64,000 nucleotides of DNA. Origin: a bacterium (GTDB lineage: Bacteria > Electryoneota > Electryoneia > Electryoneales > Electryoneaceae). The notes below the pieces were generated by a model, which was not told where the DNA came from, did not search any database, and worked only from the letters and a program-made list of their open reading frames with translations. Positions within the stretch are counted from its first letter, which is position 1. The number at the start of each line of letters is the position of its first letter. The stretch spans positions 2,688,001 to 2,752,000 of the forward strand of contig CAXXKJ010000002.1 of the NCBI GenBank assembly GCA_963675295.2. Reading direction: 5' to 3'. The position numbers and the translations under genes are program-made. This document shows, piece by piece, positions 37,546-49,047 of the stretch.

Positions 37546-39012
37546 CTACAGCAACACCGTCACCGAGCGTGTCGCAACCGCCAGCAGAGCGTCCGGGAAG
37601 AATCCGATCAGCAGCACCAGGATGACGCAGAAGATCACAATCGGCACCATCTCGCCGCTGAGGTTGAAGCCGGGAGTTTCACTCGCTTCGTCACGTTCCT
37701 TGAGGAACATGAACACGATCAGCCGCAGGTAGTAATACACGCTCACCGCGCTGTTCAGCACACCGATCACCGCCAGCCCGACGAATCCGCTCTTCACCGC
37801 CGCGCTGAAGATATAATACTTGCCGAAGAAGCCCGCTGTCGGCGGGATACCGGCCAATGCCAGCATGAACACCAGCATCGCCAACGCAAGCGCGGGTTTT
37901 CGGAAGACAAGCCCGCGATAGTCCTCAAACGCGTACCCCTTCTCGTCGTTCTCGTTCCGGTTGACCGCAATCGCGACGAGGAACGCGCCGATGTTCATCA
38001 GGGCGTAAATCATCAGGTAGAACAGGATCGCAGCGGCACCCATCTGTTCGAACGTCAGCAACGCGACGGCCAGGTAGCCAGCGTGTGTGATTGACGAGAA
38101 CGCCAGCATGCGCTTGACGCTGTCCTGCCGCAGGGCGAGCAGATTACCGAAGGTCATCGTGATCGCAGCGATGACCCACAGGATCGTTGTCCACGTCTCC
38201 GACATATCTCCGAATGCGACGTAGAAGACCCGCAGGAACGCGGCAAACGCTGCCGCTTTCGGTGCGGTAGACATGAACGCGGTGACCGTGGTCGGCGCGC
38301 CTTCGTAGGCATCCGGCGACCACCAATGGAACGGAACCAAAGCGGCCTTGAACGCAAACGCGACCAGGATCAGCCCGGCGGACGCCCACGCCAGCATCGG
38401 CACGTTGCCGGATACGCCGCTGAGGTAGACCATGATGTCGACGATGTTCGTCGAACCGACCACACCGAACATCAGCGCGATACCGTACACGAAGAAGCCG
38501 GTGGTGAACGATCCGAGCAGGAAGTACTTGATCGCGCCTTCGTTGGACGCATGCTTGTGGCGTGACATGCCGACCAGGGCGTAGAGGCAGACGGACATCG
38601 TCTCAATGCCGAGGAACACGATCAGCAGGTCCTGCGCCATCGCCATCAGCAGCATGCCGAACAGGCTGAATACCAACAGCAGGTAATATTCAGCGATTCG
38701 GATGTTGAGGCTGCCGAGGTAGGTTTCACTGACGGTGACGATCAGCAGCGTGATGAACGTAAGCACCAGCCGGAAAAACATGGTAAAGCCGTCAATCACG
38801 ACCATCCCGCCGAACGCGGGACCGGTGTTTTCCCGGTTGAAGAATGTCGAGGCCAGGACCACAATCAGCCCGATGATGACGGTCCATTGAACGCCACGTG
38901 TACTCTTGCCCTTCGGGAGCATGACATCAACCAGAATCGCGGTGAGCGCGACACCGATCAGGATCATCTCCGGCAGCAAGCGGCTGATTTGCATGGTGGC
39001 AACGTCGAACAT
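37546..39012 (-). CDS. nuoN: NADH-quinone oxidoreductase subunit N
   Basis: EGAIKYFLLG, FKAALVPFHWWSPDAYEGAP, KRMLAFSSI.H, LAGIPP.AGF.GK. Confidence 0.96.
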   Translation of the reverse strand: MFDVATMQISRLLPEMILIGVALTAILVDVMLPKGKSTRGVQWTVIIGLIVVLASTFFNRENTGPAFGGMVVIDGFTMFFRLVLTFITLLIVTVSETYLGSLNIRIAEYYLLLVFSLFGMLLMAMAQDLLIVFLGIETMSVCLYALVGMSRHKHASNEGAIKYFLLGSFTTGFFVYGIALMFGVVGSTNIVDIMVYLSGVSGNVPMLAWASAGLILVAFAFKAALVPFHWWSPDAYEGAPTTVTAFMSTAPKAAAFAAFLRVFYVAFGDMSETWTTILWVIAAITMTFGNLLALRQDSVKRMLAFSSITHAGYLAVALLTFEQMGAAAILFYLMIYALMNIGAFLVAIAVNRNENDEKGYAFEDYRGLVFRKPALALAMLVFMLALAGIPPTAGFFGKYYIFSAAVKSGFVGLAVIGVLNSAVSVYYYLRLIVFMFLKERDEASETPGFNLSGEMVPIVIFCVILVLLIGFFPDALLAVATRSVTVLL

Positions 39013-39030
39013 GTCAGGCTCCTCCCGTCC

Positions 39031-40509
39031 TTAGCGGATGGTCTGTTCCAGGAAATGCTGGATCGAGACGGTGAACTTGGACAGGAATGTGTGTGGGTAA
39101 ACACCAATCCAGACGATAAAGATCAAGAGCGGAATCAGAGACGCCCATTCGCGCACGGTCAGGTCGGTCAGCGACTCGTTTTCCTTGTGCGTCATCGGAC
39201 CGTAGAACACACGGCGAATCATCCACAAAAGATAGATGGCGGCAAGAATGACCCCCGTGGCGGCAATGATTGCCCACACCGGGTGAGATTTGAACGCGCC
39301 AACCAGGATCAGGAATTCACCGATGAAACCGTTCAGGCCCGGCATGCCGATACTCGACAGGGCGACCGCGGTGAACACCACAGCGTACCACGGCATTACT
39401 TTCGCGATGCCGCCGTAATCAGCGATCATGCGTGTGTGGCGGCGGTCATAGACGACGCCGACCAGGAGGAACAACGCGCCCGTGGACAGACCGTGGTTGA
39501 CCATCTGGATCAATGCGCCGCTTACCGCCTGTGCATTCAACGCGAACAGGCCGAGCATCACGAAACCAAGGTGGCTGACGGACGAATACGCCACCAGCTT
39601 CTTCATGTCCTTCTGGGCGATACTGACCATCGCGCCGTAGACGATACCAATCACCGCCAGCGCGATCATCACCGGCTTGAAGTGGTCCACCCCATCGGGG
39701 AACATCGGCATCGCGAAGCGGATGTAGCCGTAGGTTCCCATCTTCAGCAGCACGCCGGCCAGAATAACGGATCCGGCGGTTGGCGCCTGGACGTGTGCAT
39801 CCGGCAACCACGTGTGGAACGGGAACATCGGTACCTTGATCGCAAACGCCAGTGCGAAGGCGGCGAACAACCACAGCTGTGCGTGTACGTCAAAGTGCGC
39901 GTACTGTACCAGCTGGGTGTAGTCGAAGGTGTGCCCAACGCCCGGAACGGTCGTGTTGAAATAGATCCACAGAATGGCGACCAGCATCAACAGCGAGCCA
40001 ACCATCGTGTAGATGAAGAACTTGACGGCCGCGTAGATGCGCTCCACCCCGCCCCAGATCCCGATCAGGAAGTACATCGGGATCAGCATTACTTCCCAGA
40101 AGATGTAGAAGAGGAACAAGTCAAGGGCGAGAAATGCGCCCAGCATGCCTGTCTGCAACAACAGGATGCTGATAAAATAGCCCTTGAGGTGTTTCTTGAT
40201 GGCGCCACTCCCCAGGATCACGATCGGCCCGAGGAAGGTCGTCAACAGCACCAGCAACAAGCTGATGCCGTCGAGGCCGAGGTGGTAATTGATCCCGATG
40301 GAAGGAATCCACGGCACCTTTTCGACGAATTGAAACGCCGCGCTGCTCGCATCAAACGCCCAGAACAAGGGCAGACTGACGATAAACCCGATCAGCATCA
40401 CCACGAACGAGAACCCACGGATCAACGCGGATTTGGATGCTGGTACGAGAATCAGCAGCAGCGCCCCGAGCAACGGGATGAATACGATGCTGGTTAACCA
40501 CAAGGACAT
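39031..40509 (-). CDS. nuoM: NADH-quinone oxidoreductase subunit M
   Basis: DGIS, FWEVMLIPMYFLIGIWG, KVPMFPFHTWLPDAHVQAP, KKLVAYSSVSHLG. Confidence 0.97.
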   Translation of the reverse strand: MSLWLTSIVFIPLLGALLLILVPASKSALIRGFSFVVMLIGFIVSLPLFWAFDASSAAFQFVEKVPWIPSIGINYHLGLDGISLLLVLLTTFLGPIVILGSGAIKKHLKGYFISILLLQTGMLGAFLALDLFLFYIFWEVMLIPMYFLIGIWGGVERIYAAVKFFIYTMVGSLLMLVAILWIYFNTTVPGVGHTFDYTQLVQYAHFDVHAQLWLFAAFALAFAIKVPMFPFHTWLPDAHVQAPTAGSVILAGVLLKMGTYGYIRFAMPMFPDGVDHFKPVMIALAVIGIVYGAMVSIAQKDMKKLVAYSSVSHLGFVMLGLFALNAQAVSGALIQMVNHGLSTGALFLLVGVVYDRRHTRMIADYGGIAKVMPWYAVVFTAVALSSIGMPGLNGFIGEFLILVGAFKSHPVWAIIAATGVILAAIYLLWMIRRVFYGPMTHKENESLTDLTVREWASLIPLLIFIVWIGVYPHTFLSKFTVSIQHFLEQTIR

Positions 40510-40669
40510 TGCGGTCTCCCTCAAAGGCTATGGGCCATGGGCACTCGGCTCCGCCGCCTGCCACACAACCGGTCTCCCTGCCCCCAAACGTCCGGGGGTT
40601 GTGTCAATGCCTCAATTGCCCGCATCAAGCGCAGGCAAGGTCACTGTCTTACGACTCTTCTATTACCTC

Positions 40670-40695
40670 TTACCACGGACTTAAGTCCGTGGTAA
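40670..40695. repeat. Perfect 26-bp palindrome TTACCACGGACTTAAGTCCGTGGTAA
   Basis: Read directly; copy 1 of 3. Confidence 0.9.
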
Positions 40696-40712
40696 AGGCG
40701 CAAGGGTGATCG

Positions 40713-42776
40713 CTACCTCACGTAGATGGCGAGCAGAATTGCCACCACGCCGATCACCAACAACACGGCGTAGTTACCGACGATACCGGTCTGCAGGGTA
40801 CGCAGCACGCTGCCGCCCCACCGGACCGTCCTCGCGCTACCGTGCACCATACCGCCGTCCACGACCTTCTCGTCCACGCCCTTCCAGAAGAACTTGCACG
40901 TCTTGATCAGCGGCTGAATCACGCCAGCATTGTAAATCTCGTCGACGTAGTACTTCTTCCACAGCACTTTGCCAAAACCGGCCTGCGCGCTGTCGGGCTG
41001 GGCTTCACGGCCCTGCTTGATGTAAAACGTCCATGCCAGCCCGATCCCGAACAGGGCGGTGAGCACGGCAATCGTGATCAGCACCCACTCAGTGCCCATC
41101 GACAGATGTTCCGGGTGGTAGTGCACCGCTTCGAAGGACGGTGCAAACACCGGCTCGAGCCAGTGGTGCATCTTGTTCAGGTTCTCGCCCAGCACAGGCG
41201 GCAAGCCGACCCAGCCACCAATCACGGCAAGGATCGCCAGAATCATCAGCGGCACGGTCATCACCGCCGGGCTCTCATGCAACGCTTCCTCGCTGCCTTC
41301 CGGCCCCTTGTACTTGCCGTAGAACGTCAGATATACCAGCCGGAACATGTAGAATGCGGTCAGCCCCGCAGCGACGAGGCCCAGCAGGTACGGCAGGATC
41401 GTCAGGCCGCCTTCGCCCTTGAAGAACATGAACGCGTATGCGAGGATCTCGTCCTTGCTGAAGAAGCCGGAGAAGCCTGGAATACCGGCAATCGCCAGCG
41501 TCGCCAACAGGAATGTCCAGAAGGTCACCGGGATCTTCTTGCGCAAGCCACCCATATTGCGCATGTCCTGCGGGTCGGTGTGATGATCATGGACATGGTG
41601 CAGCGCGCCATGCATCGAATGAATCACCGCGCCGGAACCGAGGAACAACAGGGCCTTAAAGAATGCGTGCGTCATCAGGTGGAACACACCCGCGCCAAAT
41701 GCGAACACGCCGCATGCCATCACCATGTAGCCGAGCTGGCTGACGGTGGAATAGGCGAGCACTTTCTTGATGTCGAACTGGCGCAACCCGATGGTCGCGG
41801 CGAACAACGCGGTGAAGCCACCGATCAGGGCGACCACCCACGCGGCGTTCGGAGCGAGCACGTAGAACATGGACGACCGCGCGATCATGTACACGCCGGC
41901 GGTGACCATCGTCGCGGCGTGAATCAGCGCGGATACTGGTGTCGGACCGGCCATCGCGTCCGGCAACCACACGTACAGCGGGAACTGCGCCGATTTACCA
42001 GCGGCACCGAGTAGCAGCATCAGGCCAATGCCGACCACGACGGCATTGTTCAGATCATGGGCGTAATGGCTTGCCGCGGCCGGGAAGACTTCATTGAAGG
42101 TCAGTGTGCCGAGGTGCGAGAACATCAGGAACATCGCGATCAGCACGCCGAAGTCGCCGATACGGTTGACGACGAAGGCCTTCATACCCGCCTCGGCCTT
42201 CTGCATATCCTCCCACCAGAATCCGATCAGTAGGTAGGACGCCAGGCCGACGCCTTCCCAGCCGATGAACATGATCGGATAATTGTTGCCAAGCACGAGG
42301 ATCAACATGAAGAAGACGAACAGGTTCAGGTAGGTGAAGAACACCCGGAACCGCGGATCGTCGTGCATGTAGCCGATGGAATAGATATGGATCAACGCGC
42401 TGATGCCGGTGACGACGAGAATCATCAACACGGACAGCGGATCGATCAGGAACGCGAAGTCCAGGTGCAATCCGCCGATATTCAGCCAGTTGAAGAAGGT
42501 GACGTTGATCGAACGATGGTGCGGGTCGAGCTTCAGCAGCTGCATGAACAGCGAAACGGCCACGCCGAAACTGCCGATGATCATCAGGCTGCCGAACCAG
42601 CCGGTCAGTTTCTCCGGCCAGTTTCGGTTGATCAACCCGTTCACGATCATCCCGATCAACGGAAACAGGAGCAGCCAGATGGCGTAGTGCAGGTCGGGCG
42701 CGTGCGCCGCCGCGGCGGCAACAGTGTCTGCCGCGTGATGCACCTGCTCAGCTGCGTGTTCCATGCTGTGGTCCAC
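40713..42776 (-). CDS. nuoL: NADH-quinone oxidoreductase subunit L
   Basis: WEGVGL.SY.LIGFW, GKSAQFPL.VWLPDAMAGPTPVSALIHAATMV, HAFFKALLFL. Confidence 0.97.
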   Translation of the reverse strand: MDHSMEHAAEQVHHAADTVAAAAAHAPDLHYAIWLLLFPLIGMIVNGLINRNWPEKLTGWFGSLMIIGSFGVAVSLFMQLLKLDPHHRSINVTFFNWLNIGGLHLDFAFLIDPLSVLMILVVTGISALIHIYSIGYMHDDPRFRVFFTYLNLFVFFMLILVLGNNYPIMFIGWEGVGLASYLLIGFWWEDMQKAEAGMKAFVVNRIGDFGVLIAMFLMFSHLGTLTFNEVFPAAASHYAHDLNNAVVVGIGLMLLLGAAGKSAQFPLYVWLPDAMAGPTPVSALIHAATMVTAGVYMIARSSMFYVLAPNAAWVVALIGGFTALFAATIGLRQFDIKKVLAYSTVSQLGYMVMACGVFAFGAGVFHLMTHAFFKALLFLGSGAVIHSMHGALHHVHDHHTDPQDMRNMGGLRKKIPVTFWTFLLATLAIAGIPGFSGFFSKDEILAYAFMFFKGEGGLTILPYLLGLVAAGLTAFYMFRLVYLTFYGKYKGPEGSEEALHESPAVMTVPLMILAILAVIGGWVGLPPVLGENLNKMHHWLEPVFAPSFEAVHYHPEHLSMGTEWVLITIAVLTALFGIGLAWTFYIKQGREAQPDSAQAGFGKVLWKKYYVDEIYNAGVIQPLIKTCKFFWKGVDEKVVDGGMVHGSARTVRWGGSVLRTLQTGIVGNYAVLLVIGVVAILLAIYVR

Positions 42777-42826
42777 CTAAACCTCCCCGAGGGGACACGT
42801 GTTGTCGAATACTATGATCTAGCCGC

Positions 42827-42931
42827 TTACCACGGACTTAAGTCCGTGGTAATGCTTCAAGTACGCTTCAAGTACGCTTGTCGCTTACGTATGTCGCTTT
42901 TCTTCTTACCACGGACTTAAGTCCGTGGTTA
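42827..42931. repeat. Pair of 26-bp palindromes (42827-42852 perfect, 42906-42931 one mismatch) around a GCTTCAAGTAC duplication
   Basis: Read directly; REPIN-like doublet. Confidence 0.9.
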
Positions 42932-42971
42932 CTGCGAGGTGCGGGATGCGGTCTTTCCACAAACCTCACAC

Positions 42972-43289
42972 CTAGTTCTTGAGCAGATTCAGTTTCCGGA
43001 TATCAAGCGACTCGGTGTTCCGGAAAATGGTCACCACAATCGCCAGCCCGATGCCGACTTCCGCTGCGGCAACGGTCAGCGTGAAGAACGTGAAAATCAT
43101 CCCGCCCGCGTTCTCCAGATAATGGCTGAACGCGATCAGGGTCATGTTCGCCGAATTCAGCATCATTTCGACGGACATGAAGATGATCAGGATGTTTCGC
43201 CGTGTGAGCACGCCCATTACTCCGATGGCGAACAGGATCGCGGCGAGAATCAGGTAGTGGTTGAGTCCGACAGTCAGGTCCATGATCAC
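42972..43289 (-). CDS. nuoK: NADH-quinone oxidoreductase subunit K
   Basis: RRNIL..FMSVEMMLN, VAAAEVGIGLA. Confidence 0.96.
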   Translation of the reverse strand: MIMDLTVGLNHYLILAAILFAIGVMGVLTRRNILIIFMSVEMMLNSANMTLIAFSHYLENAGGMIFTFFTLTVAAAEVGIGLAIVVTIFRNTESLDIRKLNLLKN

Positions 43290-43804
43290 ACCCGCTCCCT
43301 TTTCGCCAGCGCCACCGCGCCGATCACCGCTGCCAGAAGTAGAATGCCCGCGATTTCAAACGGGAAGACATAGTTATTGAACAATTCCTGGCCGAGACTT
43401 TTCGCATCGCCGAGCGCATACGCTGCGTCTCCCGGCGGGAAGGTGGGCACTCCCGGTCCCGGCTTGCCCGCGAGAAAGGCGAGCAGCACGATGCCGAAGC
43501 CGATCGCGACGATGAAGCCGAGAGTCTGGAAGAAGGATGTCCCGCCCTCCAGCGCCTCCGGGTCGCGCAGGTTCAGCATCATCACCACGAACAGGAACAG
43601 TACCATGATCGCGCCGGCATACACCAGCACCTGAATCGCGGCGAGGAAGGTTGCACCAAGCATCACATAGAACCCCGCAAAGCAAAAGAACATCAGCACG
43701 AGGAACAGGATGCTGTGAACCGGGTTTTTCCGTGTCACCACCATGATGCCGCTGAACAGGCTGATCAGGGCAAGGATGGCGAAGACGACTGTTTGTGCAT
43801 CCAT
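43286..43804 (-). CDS. nuoJ: NADH-quinone oxidoreductase subunit J
   Basis: NPVHS, QVLVYAGAIMVLFLFVVM, FEI..ILLL.A.IGA. Start MDAQT. Confidence 0.96.
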   Translation of the reverse strand: MDAQTVVFAILALISLFSGIMVVTRKNPVHSILFLVLMFFCFAGFYVMLGATFLAAIQVLVYAGAIMVLFLFVVMMLNLRDPEALEGGTSFFQTLGFIVAIGFGIVLLAFLAGKPGPGVPTFPPGDAAYALGDAKSLGQELFNNYVFPFEIAGILLLAAVIGAVALAKRERV

Positions 43805-43813
43805 AATCGATCC

Positions 43814-43856
43814 ATGTAGCCCGTGGAAATGCTCCCACGGGGACATTTTATCTACC
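43814..43856. repeat. GTAG-type REP-like hairpin
   Basis: ATGTAG-CCCGTGG...CCACGGG...CTAC; related copy at 48194. Confidence 0.5.
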
Positions 43857-43899
43857 GTCCGGATCAGCCGCGTCTGCAAGCAGACACGGCCACGATTGT

Positions 43900-44412
43900 T
43901 TAGTCCTTGTAGAAGATCGGGCCGCCGATTTTCTCGGTCAGCATCTCCTTGGTGTAAATCAGCTTATCGCGGCTATCTTCGGTGAACTCGTAGAACGGAG
44001 TCATGAAGATCGCCGCTTCCGGGCACGCCTCTTCGCACATGCCGCAGAAGATGCAGCGCAGCATGTCGATTTCGTAGGTCACAGAATACCGTTCGGTGGT
44101 ATGCAGGTGACGGCGTTCCGGCGGAACCTCACCCGCCTGGATCGTGATCGCATCCGCCGGGCAGGCCAGTTCGCACATCTGGCAGCCGACACAGCGTTCA
44201 CGGCCGAACTCGTCGCGTTTGAGCACATGCCGTCCACGCCAGCGGTGGCTGACTTCGACCTTTTCTTCCGGATACTGGACGGTTACCGGCTTGGCGAAGA
44301 AGTGTGACAGGGTCACCCCCATCCCCTTCGCGATCGCCGGGAAGTACAGCCGTTCAGCAAGGGTCAGGTTGTACTTGCGGAACGGATCGTTTTGCAGTGG
44401 CACTTTCGCCAT
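43900..44412 (-). CDS. nuoI: NADH-quinone oxidoreductase subunit I
   Basis: TVQYPEE, CVGCQMCELACP, RCIFCGMCEEACP. Confidence 0.96.
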   Translation of the reverse strand: MAKVPLQNDPFRKYNLTLAERLYFPAIAKGMGVTLSHFFAKPVTVQYPEEKVEVSHRWRGRHVLKRDEFGRERCVGCQMCELACPADAITIQAGEVPPERRHLHTTERYSVTYEIDMLRCIFCGMCEEACPEAAIFMTPFYEFTEDSRDKLIYTKEMLTEKIGGPIFYKD

Positions 44413-44422
44413 CAGCGACCTC

Positions 44423-44563
44423 AAGTACGAAGTACAGAGTACCAGGTACAAAGTACAGAGTACGAAGTACGAAGCATCTTGTACGTTATTGATCTATCAC
44501 GTTACCGTCTGAAACGGCATCTTTTATCGTTGTACTTCTTTACGACTTACGACTTAGTACTTC
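44423..44563. repeat. Heptamer tandem repeat (RAGTACR x7) with a degenerate inverted copy
   Basis: aagtacg aagtaca gagtacc aggtaca aagtaca gagtacg aagtacg (44423-44471) and tgtacttc...agtacttc (44531-44563). Confidence 0.8.
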
Positions 44564-44573
44564 CTTCGGACTC

Positions 44574-45626
44574 TCAGTCCATCCCAGCGCCGCCGGTCCA
44601 CAGCAGGATCAGCGCCATCACGAAGATGTTCAGCAGTCCGAGCGGAATCAGGCGTTTCCAGCCGAGGTTCATCAGCTGGTCATAGCGGAAGCGCGGCAGC
44701 GTCCAGCGCACCCACATGAAGACGAACATGAAGAACAGCGTTTTCGCCCAGAACACACCGAAGGTCAGCAGCCCCCACAGGATGCCCGGTTCTGCCGGAG
44801 TGGCCACAAACGGGATCGACCAACCGCCGAAATAGAGCGTCGCGATCAAACCGGACGCCAGCGTCATGTGGACATATTCCCCGAACATGAAGAGGCCGAA
44901 TTTCATCGCAGAATACTCGGTGTGGTACCCGGCGACGATTTCGTTTTCCGCTTCCGGCAGGTCGAACGGCACCCGTGACGCTTCCGCGAAGGTTGCCACG
45001 AGGAAAATGATGAAGCCGATCGGGTGCGTGAACACGCTCCAGTTCCAGATCGGTCCCGTCTGGTTCAGCACGATGTCACGCAGCGAGAACGATCCGTGAT
45101 CGAGGATCAGCGCGACAATCGCCAGCCCCATCGCGATTTCGTAGGAAATCATCTGGCTGGATGAACGCAGGCCGCCCATCAGCGAGTACTTGTTGTTCGA
45201 GGCCCAGCCACCTGTGATGATCCCGTAGACGCCCAGCGAACCGATTGCGAGGACGTACAGGATGCCGATGTTGATGTCGGCCAGTTGCAACAGTACTTCG
45301 CGTCCACCGATGATCATACGGTCGCCGAACGGAATGACCGCCATCAGGAAGCCGGCTGCCATGAAGGTGAACGTCGGCGCGATGATGAACAGTACCTTGT
45401 TCGCGCGATCCGGGTTAAACTCTTCCTTCATGAAGAATTTGACACCGTCCGCAACAACCTGCAGCAATCCCCAGGGGCCTGCTCGATTCGGTCCGTGCCG
45501 GTCCTGGAAGAACCCGGCGATCTTGCGTTCGCCGAGCGTGGCGTAGGCTACGATGGTCAGCAGGACGATGAATACGAACACACCGACCGCCGATTTTTCG
45601 ATGATAAATGCGCCGATCTCGTTCAT
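44574..45626 (-). CDS. nuoH: NADH-quinone oxidoreductase subunit H
   Basis: ERKI...Q.R.GPNR, AD.VK...KE, PFDLPEAE.E.VAGYHTEYS, RFRYDQLM.LGWK. Start MNEIG. Confidence 0.97.
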   Translation of the reverse strand: MNEIGAFIIEKSAVGVFVFIVLLTIVAYATLGERKIAGFFQDRHGPNRAGPWGLLQVVADGVKFFMKEEFNPDRANKVLFIIAPTFTFMAAGFLMAVIPFGDRMIIGGREVLLQLADINIGILYVLAIGSLGVYGIITGGWASNNKYSLMGGLRSSSQMISYEIAMGLAIVALILDHGSFSLRDIVLNQTGPIWNWSVFTHPIGFIIFLVATFAEASRVPFDLPEAENEIVAGYHTEYSAMKFGLFMFGEYVHMTLASGLIATLYFGGWSIPFVATPAEPGILWGLLTFGVFWAKTLFFMFVFMWVRWTLPRFRYDQLMNLGWKRLIPLGLLNIFVMALILLWTGGAGMD

Positions 45627-45630
45627 CGAC

Positions 45631-46671
45631 TTACTCCGCTTTGGCGGTTTCGTCGCCGCTGTCGGGTGAATCTTCCGTGACGGCTTCCGTCTCCGGTTCC
45701 GTTTCGGCTTCCGGGGCGGCTGCTTCGCCGTCGCCATTCATGCCGAGTTCTTTGCGCGCGGCGTCTTCCAGCTCTTTCGCCGTGCGCGGACCGCCCTTGA
45801 CGGGAGTCGTGATATCGACTTCCTCCTCGATGATCCAGTCATCGAGGTTGTAGTGCTCAAAGCGGGCTTCGTCGCAGATCATCGCCTTCATCACGCGGTA
45901 CTCATCCATCCGCGCGGTGACACGGTAGATCTTGCCACGGTACAGGCCCAGCATCGCCTCGGACCCGTTCTTGCACTTCACCGGATCCTTCATCGCCGAT
46001 TCCTTCAGGCGTGCCGGAACGTGTTCCAGGTCCCAGACACGGGCGCTGAAGCGCATTTTCTTGTCGGTCAACGCACCCACCGGGCAGACGTCGATCACAT
46101 TGCCCGCCCAACCGCTCGGAATCGCCGCTTCGATGTACGAGCCGACTTCGGCGTGATCGCCACGATTCAGCACGCCGATGTGCGCGACGCCCATATAGTC
46201 TTCCGACAGACGGATGCACCGGCGGCAATGGATGCAGCGGTTCATCTCTTTCGCGATCTTCTCGCCATAGTCTGTCTTCGGGAAGGTGCGGCGCGGGTAG
46301 CGTGTGCGCCCGACGGGGAACCCGTACTTGTAGCCGTAGTCCTGCAAATCGCATTCACCGGCCTGATCGCAAATCGGGCAATCCAGCGGATGGTGCAGCA
46401 GCAGGAACTCCATCACGCCACGGCGGGCCTTGAACACGCGCTCGTTGTTCGTGTTCACGACCATGCCGTCCCGGATCGGAGTCTGGCAGCCGATCTGCAG
46501 CTTGCCGATGCCTTCGACTTCGACGAGGCAGATGCGGCAGTTACCCTGCGGCGGGAACCACGGGTAGTAACAGTATGTCGGGATGTTGACACCGGCCTTG
46601 CGGGCAGCCCACAGGATGGTCACGCCATCCGGGACTTCCACCTGCTTGCCGTCTATGGTCACGTTGGGCAT
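45631..46671 (-). CDS. nuoG: NADH-quinone oxidoreductase subunit G, short form (Fe-S domains only)
   Basis: IPTYCY, GNCRICLVE, HPLDCPICDQAGECDLQD, RCIHCRRCIR, DVCPVGALT. About 346 aa, no molybdopterin-like domain. Confidence 0.92.
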   Translation of the reverse strand: MPNVTIDGKQVEVPDGVTILWAARKAGVNIPTYCYYPWFPPQGNCRICLVEVEGIGKLQIGCQTPIRDGMVVNTNNERVFKARRGVMEFLLLHHPLDCPICDQAGECDLQDYGYKYGFPVGRTRYPRRTFPKTDYGEKIAKEMNRCIHCRRCIRLSEDYMGVAHIGVLNRGDHAEVGSYIEAAIPSGWAGNVIDVCPVGALTDKKMRFSARVWDLEHVPARLKESAMKDPVKCKNGSEAMLGLYRGKIYRVTARMDEYRVMKAMICDEARFEHYNLDDWIIEEEVDITTPVKGGPRTAKELEDAARKELGMNGDGEAAAPEAETEPETEAVTEDSPDSGDETAKAE

Positions 46672-46728
46672 ATTTGCCTTGCTCCCTGTGACTCTTTCAG
46701 CGGAATCATCCGCCACGAATTGACTGGA

Positions 46729-48183
<1,455 letters not shown>

Positions 48184-48193
48184 GTTGATCTCG

Positions 48194-48237
48194 ATGTAGC
48201 CCGGAATCAGGGATTCCGAGGTTCTCGATATGACTAC
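48194..48237. repeat. GTAG-type REP-like hairpin
   Basis: ATGTAG-CCCGGAATC..GATTCCG...CTAC; related to 43814. Confidence 0.5.
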
Positions 48238-48265
48238 TCCCGGACCAACCAGCCCGGGCTGCGTC

Positions 48266-48763
48266 TTAGGACTTGCCGTTACCGGCCGACTTCTTGAAGC
48301 CTTCGATCAGCTCGTCAAGCTTCTCGGTGTCCAGGTCTTCGTAGTAGTCGTCGTTCACCTGCATCATCGGGCCGCCGCCGCACGCACCAAGACATTCCAC
48401 GCGATGCAGGCAGAACAGGCCGTCTTCGGTGACCTGATCTTCCTGGATGTTGTGCTTGTCCTTCAGGTGCTGAATCAGGCTTTCGGCGCCACGCAGGTTG
48501 CAGGCGATGTTGTGGCAGAACTGGATATGGTATTTCCCGACCGGTTTCTGCGGGAAATAGGTATAGAATGTGAGCGCCTCGTAGACACGGATGTTCGGCA
48601 CACCGAGCAGTTCCGCGACATGATCGCACGCATCCCGGCTGACCCAACCGGTCTCAGCCATCACGATGTGCAGGGCGGGTAGAATGCCTGACATCGGGTG
48701 CGGGTAACGTGTCGCAATGTCTTTTACCCGTTCCTGGCTTTCGGTAGAAAGCTGATAAGCCAT
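48266..48763 (-). CDS. nuoE: NADH-quinone oxidoreductase subunit E
   Basis: TFY, FCHNIACNLRG, VECLGACGGGPMMQVN. Start MAYQL behind AAGGAG. Confidence 0.96.
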   Translation of the reverse strand: MAYQLSTESQERVKDIATRYPHPMSGILPALHIVMAETGWVSRDACDHVAELLGVPNIRVYEALTFYTYFPQKPVGKYHIQFCHNIACNLRGAESLIQHLKDKHNIQEDQVTEDGLFCLHRVECLGACGGGPMMQVNDDYYEDLDTEKLDELIEGFKKSAGNGKS

Positions 48764-48789
48764 ATGGCTAGGCTCCTTGACTCCTAAAC

Positions 48790-49047
48790 TCAATCATCGC
48801 TCACAAAGGCAACTATCATCACTCCGATCATCCCAAAAGCCCAAATAATAAAATACATGACCGGAAATACTTTCTCGACTATCCAAAATACTAGCGGAAA
48901 TACGACCAATCCGGGCGTTAGAACGAATGCCAATATAGACCCAACCCACCCTAACCATCGCGTCATAAAAACAACCCACAATAAAAACAATATTAATCCG
49001 CAGCCATATCTAAGGATGTTCCCGAAGAACTTCAGCGAAGCTCTCAT
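48790..49047 (-). CDS. AT-rich orphan small membrane protein inserted between nuoD and nuoE
   Basis: 85 aa, about three hydrophobic segments, strong AAGGAG RBS, visibly more AT-rich than the flanks. Confidence 0.7.
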   Translation of the reverse strand: MRASLKFFGNILRYGCGLILFLLWVVFMTRWLGWVGSILAFVLTPGLVVFPLVFWIVEKVFPVMYFIIWAFGMIGVMIVAFVSDD

